DNA from: Candidatus Poribacteria bacterium | GTDB taxonomy: Bacteria; Poribacteria; WGA-4E; WGA-3G | Length of the DNA stretch: 64,000 nucleotides | Direction of reading: 5' to 3' | NCBI GenBank assembly: GCA_028820635.1 | Contig: JAPPIG010000064.1 | Coordinates: forward strand, 131,074-195,073 | Shown here: in pieces, positions 49,576 to 61,572 of the stretch | How the letters are laid out: the number at the start of each line of letters is the position of its first letter | Position numbering within the stretch: position 1 is the first letter of the stretch | Program-made: the position numbers and the translations under genes | The notes under the pieces: generated by a model | Database searches by the model: none | The model's input: the letters and a program-made list of their open reading frames with translations, nothing else | Told to the model about the DNA's origin: nothing

Positions 49576-50154
49576 ATGGATTTACAGCAGATTAATATTA
49601 AGGTTTTTGTAACCGAAGATAGCAAGGTCAATCACACCAACTTCATTAAGGTCTTCAACCGTTGGATGGAGGAGGCTGATTCTGAAGATTATCTGAACTA
49701 CGCCGATTATTCACATGTTGATGCTGGGCCGGGCGTACTACTGATTTTGAAACAAGCCAACTATAGCATAGACAGTGCTTTTCATGAACCAGGATTTCTC
49801 TACAACAGGAAGCACGCTGTGGAAGGTGACAACGCCGAAAAGATTCGCCAAGCGCTTACTGAAACGCTTTCCAAATGCGAACTACTTGAAGCATCGGAAG
49901 AATTGGAAAACGCTATTCATTTCAACGGTTCAGACATCCTGTTTATGATAAACAACCGCAACATCGCACCGAACACAGCAGAGACAGCGGATGCAATTCA
50001 AGCAGACCTTGAACCTGTGCTAAAACAGATGTACGGTGGTGATGATTTCACAATAGAACGCACCTCTGAGGATGCCCGCGAACGTTTCGCCGTACGAATC
50101 TCCGCGAATTCAGACAAACCGATTTCAGAACTCGTCTCCAATCTCGGAGGATAA
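49576..50154 (+). CDS. hypothetical 192-aa protein ending in C-terminal Gly-Gly, translationally coupled to the ThiF/MoeB E1-like gene
   Basis: Terminates ...LVSNLGG*. The stop overlaps the RBS (GGAGG) of the next gene, 1 nt before its ATG. Confidence 0.5.
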   Translation: MDLQQINIKVFVTEDSKVNHTNFIKVFNRWMEEADSEDYLNYADYSHVDAGPGVLLILKQANYSIDSAFHEPGFLYNRKHAVEGDNAEKIRQALTETLSKCELLEASEELENAIHFNGSDILFMINNRNIAPNTAETADAIQADLEPVLKQMYGGDDFTIERTSEDARERFAVRISANSDKPISELVSNLGG

Positions 50155-50155
50155 G

Positions 50156-50962
50156 ATGCTTAACTTTACGAATGAACAGATTGAGCGGTATAGCCGACAT
50201 ATAATCCTCAAAGAGGTCGGCGGGATGGGGCAGACGAAACTGCTTGAGTCAAAAGTCCTGTTGATCGGTGCGGGCGGACTCGGTTCGCCTATCGGTGTTT
50301 ATCTTGCGGCTGCAGGGGTTGGCACAATCGGTATTATTGATGATGACGTGGTTGATCTCAGCAATCTGCAACGCCAAATCCTACACGGCACAAGCGACAT
50401 CGGCATACCGAAAACGAAATCTGCTGAAGCCACTATCGCTGAGATGAACCCAGACGTTAAGGTAATTCCTCATAACGAACGCATCAATTCGGAAAATGCT
50501 TTTGAGATACTGGAACAGTATGATTTAATTGTGGACGGGTGTGACAACTTTCCAACGCGCTATCTTCTCAACGACGCTTGTGTCATGCTCGGCAAACCGA
50601 TTGTACACGGTAGCATTTTCCAATTTGAAGGACAAACAACCGTGCTTTATCCGGGGAAGGGGCCGTGTTATCGATGCGTTTTTGCTGAACCACCACCAGC
50701 AGGGATGGCACCGAGTTGCCAAGAGGCGGGTGTCTTCGGTGTGTTACCGGGTATTATCGGCACAATTCAGGCTGTTGAAGCGATTAAAGTCCTTTTAGAC
50801 ATCGGGGAACCGTTGATCGGAACCCTCCTACTTTTCAACGCGCTCACGATGGATTTCCAACGACTGAAACTTCGTCAAGACGAAAACTGCCCGATGTGCG
50901 GTGAAAATCCTACCATTAAAGAACTCATTGACTATGAGGAATTTTGTGAAGTGCAGTGGTAA
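50156..50962 (+). CDS. ThiF/MoeB/HesA-family E1-like adenylyltransferase
   Basis: RYSRHIIL, LLIGAGGLGSPIGVYLAAAGVGTIGIIDDDVVDLSNLQRQ, and C-terminal Zn motifs CYRC...CPMC. Confidence 0.85.
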   Translation: MLNFTNEQIERYSRHIILKEVGGMGQTKLLESKVLLIGAGGLGSPIGVYLAAAGVGTIGIIDDDVVDLSNLQRQILHGTSDIGIPKTKSAEATIAEMNPDVKVIPHNERINSENAFEILEQYDLIVDGCDNFPTRYLLNDACVMLGKPIVHGSIFQFEGQTTVLYPGKGPCYRCVFAEPPPAGMAPSCQEAGVFGVLPGIIGTIQAVEAIKVLLDIGEPLIGTLLLFNALTMDFQRLKLRQDENCPMCGENPTIKELIDYEEFCEVQW

Positions 50963-51332
50963 TATCCATGTAGAATCTGCTTAACTTCAGGGACTAATAT
51001 TCTCCGAGACCTACCAGTTGAAATATCTTCAATTCAAGGAAGATAGAGCAATATCAAGGAACTTATGGATCTGGTTATTTTTGTCTCATTTATTATAATT
51101 TCGGCTGCTCTCTTAATGATACGCGGAGAACTAAGGGATATTGCAAGAAGTCTATACAAGATAGCGAAACATTTTGAGCAAATTGATGAAAAAGACGAAA
51201 ATTGAAAACATGTATCTTAACGACTGTAAAACATGGTTACTTCCTCTCTATTACCTCCTATATAATAAGTAACGTAAAAGAGTTATCAACTCCAAAGTTG
51301 ACAACTCTATATACCAACAGATCTTTTTAAAT

Positions 51333-51623
51333 TTAATTTTGCTGATGCATTGGGGAAACCAATTCATCATCAACTGATTCATATTGAACCGTCATAACCC
51401 ATTCACCTGTGCCTCGCAATTGCACGTTACACTTTTTCAACCACTCAATTAACGTTAATTTGTCACGTGCTTCCCATTCGCAAACCATTCTACCTGATAA
51501 CGTATCACACAAAACACGGATATTGCTCACATCATCGTTTGCTTCTTCTTGAAATCGCTTCAACAATCGTGCTACATCTTGGCGTGTCATGCAGGCAATT
51601 GCATGGGCAGAAATAAATCTCAT
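51333..51623 (-). CDS. hypothetical 96-aa protein
   Basis: ORF only. Confidence 0.35.
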   Translation of the reverse strand: MRFISAHAIACMTRQDVARLLKRFQEEANDDVSNIRVLCDTLSGRMVCEWEARDKLTLIEWLKKCNVQLRGTGEWVMTVQYESVDDELVSPMHQQN

Positions 51624-51686
51624 ACTTCAATCTTTCGCATATTGCCAGGAATTTGGGGCGACTTCCGTATCGCCCCGTTCTCAGGT

Positions 51687-52535
51687 TTAATCGCGTGCTA
51701 TGGGCGCGCCAACCAGATTGCCCCATTCTGTCCAACTGCCATCATAGTTGCGAACCTTCTCATAACCGAGTAAATATTTTAGCACAAACCACGTATGCGA
51801 TGAACGTTCACCGATCCGGCAGTAAGCGATGGTCTCTTTACTATCGTCAACACCTGCACCACCGTAGATAGATGCCAATTCGTCATGAGACTTAAAGGTG
51901 CCGTCTTCCGCCACTGCGGTTGCCCACGGGATATTCGCTGCGCCTGGTATGTGTCCACCACGTTGTGCGGTTTCGCTCATGCCCGGTGGGGCAATCACTT
52001 CACCCGAAAATTCTGCAGGTGAACGAACGTCAACGAGATTGATAATGCCTTGTTCAAGTGTGGGTAATACGTTATCTTTTGTCGCGCGGACGTTGTCATC
52101 AGGGAATTTCGCTTGATACCCAGTAGCAGCATAAGAAGGAACGTCTGTAACAAGGTCTCTGCCTTCATCAATCCATTTTTGGCGACCACCGTTCATTACC
52201 TTCAACAGGCTCTCATCGTGTTCATAGTAGCGGAATTGCCACAACGCGTACGTAGCGAACCAGTTGTTGTTATCACCATAAAAGATAACAGTGGTATCGT
52301 TAGCAATTCCACTGTCGTTGCAGAGTGCTTCAAATTGATCTTTCGTGAGAATGTCGCGCCGAATTTGGTCGCACAACTGTGTCTGCCAATTCAAACCGAC
52401 TGCCCCTGCTATATGTCCTTCTGCATAGGCAGAGGTATCAACGTCAACTTCAAGTAGGCGGATGCCAGCATCGCTGCCGTGTTCGGCAACCCACTCCGTA
52501 CTTACTAAAACGTCAGGATTAGCGTAATCAGCCAT
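51687..52535 (-). CDS. two-domain thiosulfate sulfurtransferase (rhodanese, TST type)
   Basis: Tandem rhodanese domains; active-site loop CRIGERSS (CRxGx[R/T] TST signature); GGGAGG RBS. Confidence 0.85.
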   Translation of the reverse strand: MADYANPDVLVSTEWVAEHGSDAGIRLLEVDVDTSAYAEGHIAGAVGLNWQTQLCDQIRRDILTKDQFEALCNDSGIANDTTVIFYGDNNNWFATYALWQFRYYEHDESLLKVMNGGRQKWIDEGRDLVTDVPSYAATGYQAKFPDDNVRATKDNVLPTLEQGIINLVDVRSPAEFSGEVIAPPGMSETAQRGGHIPGAANIPWATAVAEDGTFKSHDELASIYGGAGVDDSKETIAYCRIGERSSHTWFVLKYLLGYEKVRNYDGSWTEWGNLVGAPIARD

Positions 52536-52647
52536 ATCTATTTGCCTCCCTATCCGAATTTAAAATAAATCTCATTTTTTTGTCTTCATGTTTGTTTGTG
52601 TTTATATTATACGCTTTTGAATAATCTTTGTCAAATGTTAGGCGTAT

Positions 52648-52940
52648 ACCCAGGGTTATTTAGTTTTAAGAATTTCCAGTTAATGAGTATTACTGATAGT
52701 TATATCGTCTGTCGGGTTTTACTTGTGTTCTCCATTATGTGTCAACTTAAACGTTGATCTAAAGGTAGCAGGCACGCTCCGCGTGCCGTCCGCTTTAAAT
52801 CTTGGATGAACGGCACACCAAATCAACGGTATGAATGCCTGTTGGCATTCCCCGGAGTGTGTCTACTACTTTGCATACGTATTAGTTTATATGAAAATGT
52901 GAAAAATATCCCAGAAATTCGAAAACTAAATAACCCTGTT
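52648..52940. mobile_element. MITE derived from the adjacent ISAs1-like element
   Basis: Inverted repeats CAGGGTTATTTAGTTTT (52651) and AAACTAAATAACCCTG (52921) match the IS inverted repeats. ~250-bp non-coding interior with a GCAGGCACGCTCCGCGTGCC hairpin. Confidence 0.45.
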
Positions 52941-52987
52941 CTGTGGGTGTGTAAAGTTTTTGTAGAAACAGTGATATGTAAAGAGAT

Positions 52988-53958
52988 GAGATGTCAGGGT
53001 TGTTCAGTTTTCTATATTTTTTCACAATTGTTTATTTTTATGAAAAGCAGATATGGTGTGTTTTTTTTACACCATATCTGCTATACTTCACCTTAAAACT
53101 AGATACTTTGAGGTGAAGAATGACAAGAAGAGAATCTTGCCACTTGTTAGATATGTTAGCAAAACTTAGAGACCCACGCAAGGATAAAGGGAAACGACAT
53201 CCGTTGAAATCCATTCTCGCACTTATGGTCATCGGATTGATGTGTGGACATAAAGGGTATACATCTATCGCTACTTGGGCACGCTCACAGCCAGCACTCG
53301 CAAAGGCACTCAGTTTCACACATAAGAAAACACCTTGTGCTTCAACGATCCATAATCTATTGAAAAGGTTAGATGTTGTGGTAGTAGAAGAAACCTTGAC
53401 ACAATGGGTAAAAACCGTGATAAAAAGTAGACCCGATTTGACAAGATGTCTTGACGCAGTCGCTATAGATGGCAAAACAATGCGCGCCTCCCAAAAAAGT
53501 GGTGCGACAACAAGCCACTTGCTCTCTGTCGTTTCCCACGAGTTAGGAGTTACCCTCACGCAGCGAAGCGTTAGCGACAAGACCAACGAAATACCGATTT
53601 CAACAGAGATCCTCAATCTGAAAACAGGAGAAGAAACACATAAAGTCCACTATGGGATAACAAGTCTAAATCCCGAAGCAGCATCAGCAAAGTGCTTACT
53701 TGCTTTACGGCGCGGGCATTGGTCAATAGAGAACAAGTCGCATTGGATGCGGGATACACTACTTGGAGAAGATGCCTCTCCTGTCAGATGCGGTGCTATT
53801 CCACAAGTTATGGCTGCTTTGCGAAATACAGCATTATCCGTATTCCGATTTGCAGGGATAACGCGTATAGCTGATAAAATGAAATATTATGCTTCAAAAC
53901 CTAAACTCGCAGTTAATATGATAAAATAAGAATCTATAAAACTGAATAACCCTGACTA
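52988..53958 (+). mobile_element. ISAs1-family insertion sequence (compact, ~0.97 kb)
   Basis: Inverted repeats GTCAGGGTTGTTCAGTTTTCTATA (left) and TATAAAACTGAATAACCCTGAC (right) bracket a single transposase ORF. Confidence 0.7.
53120..53929 (+). CDS. ISAs1-family (H-repeat associated) transposase, short form
   Basis: LAKLRDPRKDKGKRHPLKSILALMVIGLMCGHKGYTSIATWA and DGKTMRAS / HWSIENKSHW blocks typical of ISAs1. 269 aa is shorter than usual, suggesting internal deletion. Confidence 0.8.
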   Translation: MTRRESCHLLDMLAKLRDPRKDKGKRHPLKSILALMVIGLMCGHKGYTSIATWARSQPALAKALSFTHKKTPCASTIHNLLKRLDVVVVEETLTQWVKTVIKSRPDLTRCLDAVAIDGKTMRASQKSGATTSHLLSVVSHELGVTLTQRSVSDKTNEIPISTEILNLKTGEETHKVHYGITSLNPEAASAKCLLALRRGHWSIENKSHWMRDTLLGEDASPVRCGAIPQVMAALRNTALSVFRFAGITRIADKMKYYASKPKLAVNMIK

Positions 53959-54230
53959 AGTCCTAATAAATTTGCAATTTTCTCATACGCATGGTATAAT
54001 AATTCAACAAATTAACCTTAATGTTCAGAAAGCCTTTTTAATCCCATCCGGAGAGGTGGAAAAAGGATGTTGTGTTACACTTCGGCAGAATGTTCACAGA
54101 GAAAAAGTGCTCACGATGAACACTTTTTAGAACAAAAATTGATATTCCAGTATAAAATACCTATTAAACTTGCAAAATTGGTTTTACATTTAAAACATCC
54201 CTTATGTAAAAGAGAAATATTGAATTGCAC

Positions 54231-54261
54231 CCTTCTCACTCTTTAGTGAGGAGGTTTTTTT
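54231..54261 (+). terminator. pyr leader attenuator / intrinsic terminator
   Basis: CCUUCUCACU-cuuu-AGUGAGGAGG (10-bp stem with one G-U pair) followed by UUUUUUU, ~60 nt upstream of pyrR. Confidence 0.55.
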
Positions 54262-54315
54262 ATGGTATCAAAATCGCACATATTACGTAGTCTAAATTAC
54301 ACCTACAGTAGGTAA

Positions 54316-54876
<561 letters not shown>

Positions 54877-54902
54877 CAAGCAGGAGAAAATACCACATAG
54901 AG

Positions 54903-56189
54903 ATGGAAAGTGCGCTTATCCGTAATGGACATATCATTGATCCAGCAAATAACGTTGATGAAGTTGGTGATGTGCTTATTATTGATGGCAAGATCGCAAA
55001 GGTCGGTGGAAACTTGGCGGAAAATGCCAGTGACATTATTGACGCTACCGATCTGACCGTCACGCCCGGCTTAATTGACATGCACGTCCACCTACGTGAA
55101 CCTGGATTTGAGCATAAAGAAACAATCGCCACAGGAACAGCAGCAGCCGCCGCAGGCGGGTTTACATCCGTTGTTTGCATGGCAAATACATCTCCAGTAA
55201 CTGATTCTCCTGACAAGATTAAGCACATTTATGACATCGCAAATCGGAATTCGGAGCAACAGGCTACTTCTACAGCGAATGTCTTTCCTGTGGGCAGCAT
55301 TACAAAAGACCTTGCAGGTGAAGAACTAACCGATATACGAGGCATGCTCTCTGTTGGCGCAGTCGGTGTCAGTGATGATGGTGTTACCGTTATGAATTCT
55401 GCACTGAAGCATGAAGCACTAACGTTAAGCGCGGAACTTGATTTTCCTGTGATGGTTCACTGTGAAGAGCATAATCTAAATGCTGGTGCCGTGATGAATC
55501 TCGGTGAAACATCAAGAAATTTGAATCTGGTGGGTAGCCCAAACGCAGCAGAAGACATTATCGTAGCACGCGACATCATGCTTGCGGAATTGACAAGTGG
55601 ACACGTTCATATTTTACACGTTAGCACAGCAGGCGCAGTTGAATTAGTCCGATGGGGCAAACACCGAGGAGTCAACGTCACAGCAGAAGCGTGCCCACAC
55701 CACTGGATTCTGACTGATACGGAGGTAGAAAAACAGGGAACGAATGCCAAAATGCATCCACCCCTGCGGACACAGACGGATATCGACGCTGTCCTTGAAG
55801 GTTTGCGTGATGGCACAATAGACGCGATTGCGACTGACCACGCGCCACATACGCCTGCTGAAAAAGCACTCGGTATGAAAGATGCACCTAACGGAATTAT
55901 TGGACTTGAAACTTGTGTGCCACTTGTACTGACATATTTAGTAGATGTTGGACATCTAACGCTGAAAGATGCGATTGCAAAGTTGACATGTATTCCAGCA
56001 AAAATAGTCGGGATTGACCGCGGGACACTTACTATCGGTGCGGTGGCAGATGTTACATTAATAGATACACAAAAAATTGCAAAGGTTGACGTAGAAAAAT
56101 CGCGTTCAAAAAGCCGAAATACACCCTTCGCTGATTGGCAGCTTAAGGGATGGCCGACAATGACAATCCGAGAGGGAATTCGGAGTTAA
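54903..56189 (+). CDS. pyrC: dihydroorotase
   Basis: PGLIDMHVHLREPG metal-binding motif; amidohydrolase fold; position in the pyr operon. Confidence 0.85.
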   Translation: MESALIRNGHIIDPANNVDEVGDVLIIDGKIAKVGGNLAENASDIIDATDLTVTPGLIDMHVHLREPGFEHKETIATGTAAAAAGGFTSVVCMANTSPVTDSPDKIKHIYDIANRNSEQQATSTANVFPVGSITKDLAGEELTDIRGMLSVGAVGVSDDGVTVMNSALKHEALTLSAELDFPVMVHCEEHNLNAGAVMNLGETSRNLNLVGSPNAAEDIIVARDIMLAELTSGHVHILHVSTAGAVELVRWGKHRGVNVTAEACPHHWILTDTEVEKQGTNAKMHPPLRTQTDIDAVLEGLRDGTIDAIATDHAPHTPAEKALGMKDAPNGIIGLETCVPLVLTYLVDVGHLTLKDAIAKLTCIPAKIVGIDRGTLTIGAVADVTLIDTQKIAKVDVEKSRSKSRNTPFADWQLKGWPTMTIREGIRS

Positions 56190-56213
56190 AAGCCTTCTAC
56201 AAAGAGGAGAACT

Positions 56214-57350
56214 ATGAAAGCAATTCTCGCATTGGCGGATGGAACCGTTTTTGAGGGACAACAGTTTGGCGCGACAGGTGAAACTGTTGGCGAAGTTGTC
56301 TTCAATACAAGTATGACGGGGTATCAGGAAGTCTTAACCGATCCGTCCTATAAAGGGCAGATCGTTACAATGACTTATCCGTTAATTGGCAATTACGGTT
56401 GTAACGAGGTGGATATTGAATCTATCGGTCCACAGGTAGAGGGATTCGTAGTGCGTGAATACAGCGCATATCATAGTAATTGGCGTTCACAGTGGAGTTT
56501 GGACACCTACTTAGCCGAAAACAACATCATCGGAATTCAGAACATTGATACTCGTGCGCTAACCCGTCGCTTACGTGTTCACGGTGTAATGAACGGATGT
56601 CTTGCTACAGAAGATACAGATGGAGATCTTGATGCAGCAAGCCTTGTGGAGAAGGCACAAGCATGGCATGGTTTAGTCGGTTGGGATTTGGTGCAACGCG
56701 TCACTTGTCCTGACCCTTATGCGTGGAATCAACACCCATCAAGTTCTAACGGGCTGCACTCAGAGGATTCAACACCACCTGTAAACAATAAATTCCGTGT
56801 GGTTGCAATGGACTTTGGCATCAAATATAACATCTTACGGCAACTGACAAAGCATGGATGTGAGGTGCAGGTTGTACCAGCAAAAACGAAGGCTGAAGAG
56901 ATTCTTGCTGCTAACCCTGATGGGGTGTTCCTTTCAAATGGTCCTGGAGACCCAATGCCGCTTGACTATGCGATAAAAACCATACAAGAATTGTTAGGTA
57001 AAAAACCTGTTTTTGGCATCTGTTTGGGACATCAACTTTTGGGACTTGCGCTCGGTGGAAAAACCTATAAACTCAAGTTTGGACATCGGGGGGCAAATCA
57101 ACCTGTAAAACATTTAGAAACCGATCAGGTTGAGATAACTTCCCAAAATCATGGGTTCTGTGTTGATATCGATTCGCTTCCGAATACCGTTGACATTACC
57201 CACATCAACTTGAATGACAACACACTTGAAGGGATACAGCACAGAGAGTATCCTGCTTTTTCTGTCCAGTATCACCCAGAGGCTTCGCCCGGACCACATG
57301 ACGCAAGTTACCTATTTTCACGATTTATGCAAATGATGGAAGACATTTAG
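56214..57350 (+). CDS. carA: carbamoyl-phosphate synthase small (glutaminase) subunit
   Basis: [17 protein letters not shown]-domain; class-I GATase GICLGHQLL catalytic Cys and HPE triad. Confidence 0.9.
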   Translation: MKAILALADGTVFEGQQFGATGETVGEVVFNTSMTGYQEVLTDPSYKGQIVTMTYPLIGNYGCNEVDIESIGPQVEGFVVREYSAYHSNWRSQWSLDTYLAENNIIGIQNIDTRALTRRLRVHGVMNGCLATEDTDGDLDAASLVEKAQAWHGLVGWDLVQRVTCPDPYAWNQHPSSSNGLHSEDSTPPVNNKFRVVAMDFGIKYNILRQLTKHGCEVQVVPAKTKAEEILAANPDGVFLSNGPGDPMPLDYAIKTIQELLGKKPVFGICLGHQLLGLALGGKTYKLKFGHRGANQPVKHLETDQVEITSQNHGFCVDIDSLPNTVDITHINLNDNTLEGIQHREYPAFSVQYHPEASPGPHDASYLFSRFMQMMEDI

Positions 57351-57408
57351 GAAAACATTTTAACCCTCTTGCTGAAAACTAAAACTGACAACTGATAACT
57401 AATAGAAA

Positions 57409-60400
57409 ATGCCAAAGCGAACAGATATAGAAAAAATATTAATTATTGGCTCCGGCGCGATTATCATCGGGCAAGCGTGTGAATTCGATTACTCGGGAAC
57501 ACAGGCTTGCAAAGCCCTCAAAGAAGAGGGCTATCAGATTGTTTTGGTCAATAGCAATCCTGCAACGATTATGACCGATCCGGATTTCGCTGACCGCACC
57601 TACGTTGAACCAATTACACCAGATACAGTCGAACTTGTAATAGAGAAGGAACGTCCAGACGCGTTGTTGCCAACATTGGGTGGGCAAACAGCGTTGAACG
57701 TTTCAGTTGCACTCGCTGAATCAGGTGTGTTGGACAAATACGATGTGGAACTGATTGGCGCAAAACTGCCAGCGATTCAGAAAGCGGAAGACCGTGCGCT
57801 ATTCAAACAGGCGATGGAAAAAATCGGTTTAGATGTTCCTAAGAGCGGTATAGCACACACAACACAAGAAGCAATCGCACTTGTTGACGAGATCGGTTTT
57901 CCAGCAATAATTCGTCCCGCATTCACACTTGGTGGTACAGGCGGTGGCATCGCTTACAACATTGAAGAATACCAAAAAATGGTTGCCACGGGTCTTGCCT
58001 TAAGTCCAATCAACGAATTACTCATTGAAGAATCTATCATTGGATGGAAAGAATTTGAGTTGGAGGTAATGCGTGATGGAGCGGACAACGTTGTTATCAT
58101 CTGCTCCATTGAAAACGTTGATCCGATGGGTGTACATACTGGGGATAGTATCACTGTCGCACCTATTCAAACGTTAACGGACAAAGAGTATCAGGAGATG
58201 CGGGATTCAGCGATTAAAATCATCAGAGAAATCGGCGTTGATACTGGTGGCTCCAATATCCAATTTGCTGTTGATCCAAAGACAGGAAAACAGGTTGTCA
58301 TTGAAATGAATCCACGTGTCTCCCGTAGTTCTGCACTTGCCTCAAAAGCAACAGGTTTCCCAATTGCGAAAATTGCAGCGAAGTTAGCTGTCGGGTATAA
58401 TCTTGACGAAATTCCGAACGACATTACCGCTGAAACCCCTGCTTGTTTTGAACCGACTATTGACTACGTTGTAGTCAAAATTCCGAGATGGGCGTTTGAA
58501 AAGTTTCAAGGCACTGATGAAACATTGACAACCCAGATGAAATCAGTTGGCGAAGCGATGTCCATAGGCGGAACGTTTAAGGAGGCACTCCAGAAAGGTT
58601 TGCGATCTTTGGAAACAGGATGGTACGGGTTTGACAATCATCCGCTTGAAGAACTACCACTCTCAGAACTTTCCAGCAAATTAACAATCCCCAATGTTGA
58701 ACGCATTTTTTACATCAAATCTGCACTCAAACGCGGGATGAGCATTGATGACATCTATTCCTATACACATATCGATCCGTTTTTCCTTTATAATCTTCAA
58801 GAAATCGTAGACTTTGAAAAAATCCTTGGCACGCCACACACACAACTGTTTACAGAGAATGGAAAGTCAGATGCAGAAAGAACATCTCTTTTACGACAAG
58901 CAAAACAGTTTGGGTTTTCAGACCGACAACTCGCTGAAATCTACGATATATCAGAAACACAAGTGCGGGAAACACGAAAAACACTCGGCATCGAAGCAAC
59001 GTTCAAAACAGTTGATACTTGTGCAGCAGAATTTGAGGCAGAAACGCCTTACTATTATTCGACCTGCTCAAGTGAAGATGAGGTGCGTCCTACAGATAAA
59101 GAAAAAATCATGATTTTAGGCGGCGGGCCTAACCGCATTGGACAGGGGATTGAATTTGACTACTGTTGCGTTCATGCAGCAATGGCTCTCAAAACCGATG
59201 GTTACGAAACTATCATGGTGAATAGCAATCCTGAAACAGTCAGTACGGACTACGACACCTCCGACCGCCTCTATTTTGAACCTTTGACATGCGAAGATGT
59301 CTTGAATATATACGATAAAGAGAAGCCTATAGGGGTTATTGTTCAATTCGGTGGGCAAACACCTCTCAATCTCGCGATGGCACTTAAAGATGCAGGTGTC
59401 CCAATAATCGGTACAAGCCCTGAAGACATTGCTCGTTCTGAAAACCGTCAGCTTTTCAAAGAGGTGTTAGATGAGATCGGACTGATGCAACCGCCAAACG
59501 GTACAGCAACCTCAAGCAAAGAAGCGGTGCCTATCGCCGCATCGCTCGGATATCCGGTAATTGTTCGTCCCTCATTTGTGCTTGGCGGCCGTGCGATGCA
59601 GATTGTTTATGATGAAAAACTCCTGCAGGAGTATATGGACTCCGCTGTGCAAGCCTCACCTGAGCATCCGGTACTCATTGACAAATACCTTGAGGAAGCA
59701 ATAGAAGTGGATGTAGATGCAATTTCCGATGGACACTTAACCGTCATCGGTGGTATCATGGAACATATTGAAGAAGCAGGGGTTCATTCAGGAGATAGTG
59801 ACTGCGTACTTCCTCCTTATACACTGGTTGACGAACAAATTGATCAACTCAAAGAGTACACTTACGCGCTTGCGAAGGCACTAAATGTACGTGGATTGAT
59901 GAACGTACAGTATGCGATTAAGAATGATGAAATTTTTGTACTTGAGGTGAATCCGCGTGCTTCGCGAACAGTTCCATTTGTCAGCAAAGCTATTGGTGTG
60001 CCTTTGGCAAAACTGGCGGCGCGTGTGATGGCCGGAAAAACGCTTGATGAACTTCGATTTACGAACGAAATTGAACCTTCTTATTTTAGTGTGAAGGCAC
60101 CTGTGTTTCCTTTCAATAGATTTCCCGGGGCAAACTCACGATTGGGACCTGAAATGAAATCAACAGGGGAAGTGATGGGAATTGATGACGATGTCTCCCG
60201 TGCTTTTGCAAAGGCACAAAAAGCGTGCGGCTACACATTACCTCTAAAAGGCAATGCGTTTATCAGTGTGCGAAACAAGGACAAACGATCTGTTATCTTT
60301 ATAGCGAAAAAACTAACTGACATGGGCTTTGAACTCATCGCTACACACGGCACAGCGAAGGTGTTACTCCGCAATGGCATGGATGTTCAGCTTGTCTATA

Positions 60401-60642
60401 GCATCGGCAAAGGTAGACCGACAATTCATGATTATATCAAAAACCATGCAGTTGACTTAATAATCAATACGCCAACAGGTGATTTGCACCGCACTAATGA
60501 ACTACTTATCCGTCAGATGGCGATAGAGAACGATATCCCGATCTTTTCCACTATTCCAGGTGCAGCTGCTGCTGTTAACGCAATTGACGCGCTACAAAGC
60601 GGAGAAATTTCAGTCACACCACTTCAAGATTATCATAAGTAA
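57409..60642 (+). CDS. carB: carbamoyl-phosphate synthase large subunit
   Basis: Duplicated ATP-grasp halves, oligomerisation and MGS-like domains. 1077 aa. Confidence 0.95.
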   Translation: MPKRTDIEKILIIGSGAIIIGQACEFDYSGTQACKALKEEGYQIVLVNSNPATIMTDPDFADRTYVEPITPDTVELVIEKERPDALLPTLGGQTALNVSVALAESGVLDKYDVELIGAKLPAIQKAEDRALFKQAMEKIGLDVPKSGIAHTTQEAIALVDEIGFPAIIRPAFTLGGTGGGIAYNIEEYQKMVATGLALSPINELLIEESIIGWKEFELEVMRDGADNVVIICSIENVDPMGVHTGDSITVAPIQTLTDKEYQEMRDSAIKIIREIGVDTGGSNIQFAVDPKTGKQVVIEMNPRVSRSSALASKATGFPIAKIAAKLAVGYNLDEIPNDITAETPACFEPTIDYVVVKIPRWAFEKFQGTDETLTTQMKSVGEAMSIGGTFKEALQKGLRSLETGWYGFDNHPLEELPLSELSSKLTIPNVERIFYIKSALKRGMSIDDIYSYTHIDPFFLYNLQEIVDFEKILGTPHTQLFTENGKSDAERTSLLRQAKQFGFSDRQLAEIYDISETQVRETRKTLGIEATFKTVDTCAAEFEAETPYYYSTCSSEDEVRPTDKEKIMILGGGPNRIGQGIEFDYCCVHAAMALKTDGYETIMVNSNPETVSTDYDTSDRLYFEPLTCEDVLNIYDKEKPIGVIVQFGGQTPLNLAMALKDAGVPIIGTSPEDIARSENRQLFKEVLDEIGLMQPPNGTATSSKEAVPIAASLGYPVIVRPSFVLGGRAMQIVYDEKLLQEYMDSAVQASPEHPVLIDKYLEEAIEVDVDAISDGHLTVIGGIMEHIEEAGVHSGDSDCVLPPYTLVDEQIDQLKEYTYALAKALNVRGLMNVQYAIKNDEIFVLEVNPRASRTVPFVSKAIGVPLAKLAARVMAGKTLDELRFTNEIEPSYFSVKAPVFPFNRFPGANSRLGPEMKSTGEVMGIDDDVSRAFAKAQKACGYTLPLKGNAFISVRNKDKRSVIFIAKKLTDMGFELIATHGTAKVLLRNGMDVQLVYSIGKGRPTIHDYIKNHAVDLIINTPTGDLHRTNELLIRQMAIENDIPIFSTIPGAAAAVNAIDALQSGEISVTPLQDYHK

Positions 60643-60651
60643 GGTGAAAAC

Positions 60652-61461
60652 ATGGCAAACGATACTGTTCAAAGAAATACCCGATGGGTTCAAGCCCTTG
60701 ATAGGATTCTCCAAGTAATTAATCTTGACGAAGATCATCCTGTCAGAATCTTGACAATTGAAGATGGTAGAGAAGTGGTTGTCGTACAACCGAATGCCTT
60801 CACAGTCTCGCGTATCTACGCTACCGGCCGCCCTGATGGTGCGCGTCCTCACGGAATGGATTCATACTACGACATGTATCGTGGGAAGTTGGAAAAGTAT
60901 GAAGAAGAAAATGGAACCCGAGAAGGCTTTGAATTAACAGAGGAGGAATGGGAAACGTTGTTTGAAGAATCTTTCCATCGGTATACCCGATACTTACTGT
61001 TTGCTGGCATCAAACGGTGGGAAGATGTGCAACGTGATACTGACGCAAATCTATTCGTGACTAATTTGGCGCGAGAATTCGCGTCCTCAGAAATTGCTTG
61101 GCGAAGTTATCAGTATAAAGGATATATGATCATGATGAATAGCATCGCCAAAGCAGAATTGAGCCTGCAAGAGGATGATCCTGACACTGCTTTACAGCAA
61201 ATTGACGCTGGAATTCAACAGATTGGCGAGTTTTGTGGAGAATGTTTACGCGAGGAACACGGGGAGGCAGAAAATATTACACGCGAACGTTACCTTAGTA
61301 ATCTCATTGAATTCCGATCTGATTTAGAGGCACTCGGAACAGAGGATAGCGAAGATAACGAAAGTGATGATACAGATGAAGAACAGGGTGACGTAGATCT
61401 CTTGACTGAATTAGAACAGTTATTAAATGAAGTAGATTCACCGGACCTTGAAAGAGAGTAG
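60652..61461 (+). CDS. hypothetical acidic protein, 9 nt downstream of carB
   Basis: Long ORF with very acidic C-terminus (DSEDNESDDTDEEQGD). No family assignment. Confidence 0.5.
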   Translation: MANDTVQRNTRWVQALDRILQVINLDEDHPVRILTIEDGREVVVVQPNAFTVSRIYATGRPDGARPHGMDSYYDMYRGKLEKYEEENGTREGFELTEEEWETLFEESFHRYTRYLLFAGIKRWEDVQRDTDANLFVTNLAREFASSEIAWRSYQYKGYMIMMNSIAKAELSLQEDDPDTALQQIDAGIQQIGEFCGECLREEHGEAENITRERYLSNLIEFRSDLEALGTEDSEDNESDDTDEEQGDVDLLTELEQLLNEVDSPDLERE

Positions 61462-61572
61462 TTGGGACAATATCACTTGTTTCGAAAAACAACCATAAAT
61501 ACTTGTCCCGTCTACTTCTACTTTCAAAACCAGAAACTGCAGTCCTGCAAGTACTGTTCTAACTAACGACGA

